Shown here piece after piece: positions 61,660-64,000 of a DNA stretch of 64,000 nt (the first letter of the stretch is position 1; the number at the start of each line of letters is the position of its first letter). Source of the stretch: Macrostomum lignano (Eukaryota); contig NIVC01000239.1 of NCBI GenBank assembly GCA_002269645.1, positions 1 to 64,000 of the forward strand, given 5' to 3'. The notes below the pieces were generated by a model that was not told the DNA's origin, did not search any database, and worked only from the letters and a program-made list of their open reading frames with translations. A program made the translations under genes and the position numbers.

Positions 61660-62542
61660 ATGCAGACTAATGGTGAAGAGGCTGCCATTGTGAACGGCTC
61701 GAGCAGCAACGGCCCCACGCAACAGACGCCTGTTTGCAGTGTTGCCATCGACACTCCATCGACAGCGCCGTCGCTGCCGCCAGCAGAGTCCGAATCGGCA
61801 CCGGAGTCAACCGCGGCGACGGGCGATTTCGAACTGCACGAGAAGCCGGCCGCTTTGCCAGCTCAAAATTCTTTGCACCAGGCGGCCCCCGTCAGGCCAA
61901 ACAGCCTGCGAATGGCCGAACCACCGCCTCCGCAAGTGCCCCTTCAGCAGCCGCAGCATCTGTTGCCGCTGCCGCCTCATCTGCAGCCGTTGCAATCATT
62001 GCAGCCAGTTGGCGAGCACATTGTTATGGTCCACGTTGGCGCCGGCGAGACTTTCTGTGTCCGAGTTGGAGACCAAATCCAGCATGTCCGCGGCCCGGCC
62101 ACTGTCCGAATGGTGTCCAATAGCGGGCCGCCGCTGCCTATGCCTATGCAGGTGCCGCCAGGCCACCTAGTACAGCAGATTGTAGACGAGAATGGCATTT
62201 TAACTCACGTGATTCTGTCGCCGCAGCACGCGCCGTCGCATCACGCATCTCCCGGTCCAGCCTATTATCCGCCCGCCGGAGTGATGGCGGCCGGTCATCA
62301 CCTACTGCCGGGGCCCGCTGCGATGGCTCCGCCGCAGCCTAACCCGCCGCCGCAGCAGCCCCAGCAGCAGCAGCAGCAGCCCTACGTGGTGAGCTCGGCC
62401 CAGCAGGTCATGTGCAGCAGCGGAGTCGGCGGCGGCGGCGGCCTGTCTCCAATCCCGTGCAATTATGCGATTTCGCCGCAGGCGTCTCCAGCTAGCGCGA
62501 TTGGCACCGGACTTGGCGGCGCTGCCAGCAGTCTTGGAGGGC
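61660..62542 (+). CDS. FNDC3: First coding exon of a fibronectin type III domain-containing protein 3 homolog (FNDC3 / miles-to-go N-terminus)
   Basis: HIVMVHVGAGETFCVRVGDQIQHVRGPATVRMVSNSGPPLPMPMQVPPGHLVQQIVDENGILTHVILSP matches the conserved FNDC3 N-terminal block as I recall it. Pro/Gln-rich flanks; phase-1 donor C|gtgagt at 62543. The FN3 exons would lie beyond the window. Confidence 0.8.
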
Positions 62543-62694
62543 GTGAGTTGTTTTTCTCTTAGTTTAATAACTTCTCAATGATGTTTTGCTTTTTTTCGGA
62601 ATGGCTTTGAGTGGATAGCCGATTTGGATTGACAGCTGAAATTGTTGACTGTATTATTGACTTGCATCTTAATAGCATTACGAGATGCTGTACG

Positions 62695-62850
62695 CACTCT
62701 CACACAGGGTGTACAGCAGCCCTGACTTTCTAATCGTCAGGCATGTACAATCTCTGTGCCTTGGGGGTTGGCCCTCATGGCTTTTGAATCGCATGACAAC
62801 CCCAATTTGTTTCTGTACGGAATCGAACCCGGGGTCGCTTTCGTCTTGCT
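62695..62850 (-). mobile_element. tRNA-derived SINE-like repeat in the FNDC3 intron
   Basis: Pol III B box GGTTCGATTCC (62819-62829, minus strand) followed by a body also found at 47625-47725. No clear A box. Confidence 0.6.
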
Positions 62851-64000
62851 TGCCTGCAGGTTAAGCAGAACTGGAAGCGGTTAGTACATCGCAGTTGAAT
62901 AAGGCTGCTTGCGTCACCCCTGCATACTGCTTTGGGTATAATGTGCCTGTGCCAGTAGATCAGGGCCTGCGTCGTTAGTTAAGTTAAGCAAGCAAGTTAA
63001 GCAGAGTTGGCAGCGGTTAGGCTGCTTGCGTCGCCCCCTTCCCGTGCATTCGCAGTGAACGAGTGTTCGTCGTAGGAGTCCCAAGCGTATTTTATGTATA
63101 TTTTTATTTATAGAATAAATATAATAGAATAAGTATGAAATTAGTAACAAAACTTGATAGAAACTATAATAGTAGATTTCCTATAGCAGCATTTTGGGAC
63201 AGGTGGGAACAAGACGGTGAAGGAGCGTGGAGGCTGGGCGGGCTGGGCTGGTCCGCTCGCCCCCTCCGGTGTCTGGCAGACCTGGCCGAGCCAAATTTAG
63301 CTTTCTGGGGTTATGGGGCGGCTGGCTTCCCCGTCTCCCCCGCCCTCTGTTCCGCTGCTCGCCCTAAGGCCCCGGGGTCTCTCGCTTCCTCTTTCTCCAC
63401 TGCTCCCTTCCCTGTCCTTCTTTCTCTTCGCCCTCCCCCCCACAGCCAGCCAGCAACTTCTGCAGCCCGGCCGCCCATCTAGCAGCCCTGTTGGCAGGCC
63501 TATATTTGCTTCTCCATCGGCAGCTGGATGCCTGCCTCTTTTCTCTCTCTCTCACCCCGCTGCTCCTCTCGTATCAGCAGCCTGGGGGCCAAAGTCGGGG
63601 CCTGAGCGGTGGCCACCTTCTCCCTGCTGGCTGGGAAAATCGCATCGCCAAAGAGGACGGGGCGATATAGACGCGGATGCAGAGGCGGCGGCGCATTCTC
63701 GGGGCTTGACTTAGCCGCTTCTCTTCTTATATGCTTCTATTATATCACTATCGAGAAAGAGAGAAAGCGCCAGACGGAGCAATATGCTTAGCTTGTATAT
63801 CAATATGTGCTCTAAAAATAAGCTACTTACAGCAGTCTGCTCTTATATTACTTCTCTCTGATGCGGCTTGCTCTCTCTATCTCCGTTGCCGGACTACGCC
63901 TTAACATAGTGCTCAATGAATCTGTGATCAATAATAATAATGCTTCGGGTGTATCAACTGAATTGCGTGATGCTCATATTTGTTATTGAGATTGCTAGTG

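Noticed and set aside
62819-62860. Intact tRNA gene
   Set aside because: Only a B box and T-arm-like segment is present, with no acceptor stem or D arm; treated as a SINE head.
63135-63791. GC-rich ORFs in the FNDC3 intron as further exons
   Set aside because: No FN3 or other recognisable motifs, low-complexity purine/pyrimidine tracts, and no convincing splice pair.

Overview
Intron-containing animal genomic DNA, very rich in minisatellites. The style resembles a free-living flatworm such as Macrostomum, but the species is an inference. The dominant structure is a tandemly duplicated, uncharacterised gene on the minus strand. It has a 100-nt signal-peptide exon followed by an array of 606-624-nt exons, each encoding one ~200-aa domain with two cysteines and each bounded by phase-1 introns. 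The right copy (42430->22717) can be assembled completely: 14 coding exons, 13 domains, ~2678 aa, a stop codon and an AATAAA. The left copy (12215->1) runs off the window. The domains fall into two classes that strictly alternate, and the array shows a recent 2987-bp internal duplication, chimeric exons and introns, and a hypervariable patch around the conserved Cys loop. Three recognisable genes lie to the right: an Iroquois homeobox gene (+), POFUT2 (-, 7 exons mapped) and the first coding exon of an FNDC3 homolog (+). Mobile DNA includes a Penelope-like element with inverted termini carrying hammerhead-like motifs, a DD34D mariner, a solo LTR with a target-site duplication, Gypsy and non-LTR fragments (one with a 2A-like motif), foldback/TIR elements and a tRNA-derived SINE. 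No rRNA, intact tRNA or CRISPR array was seen. All exon coordinates were derived by hand and all family assignments come from motif recognition, not database searches.
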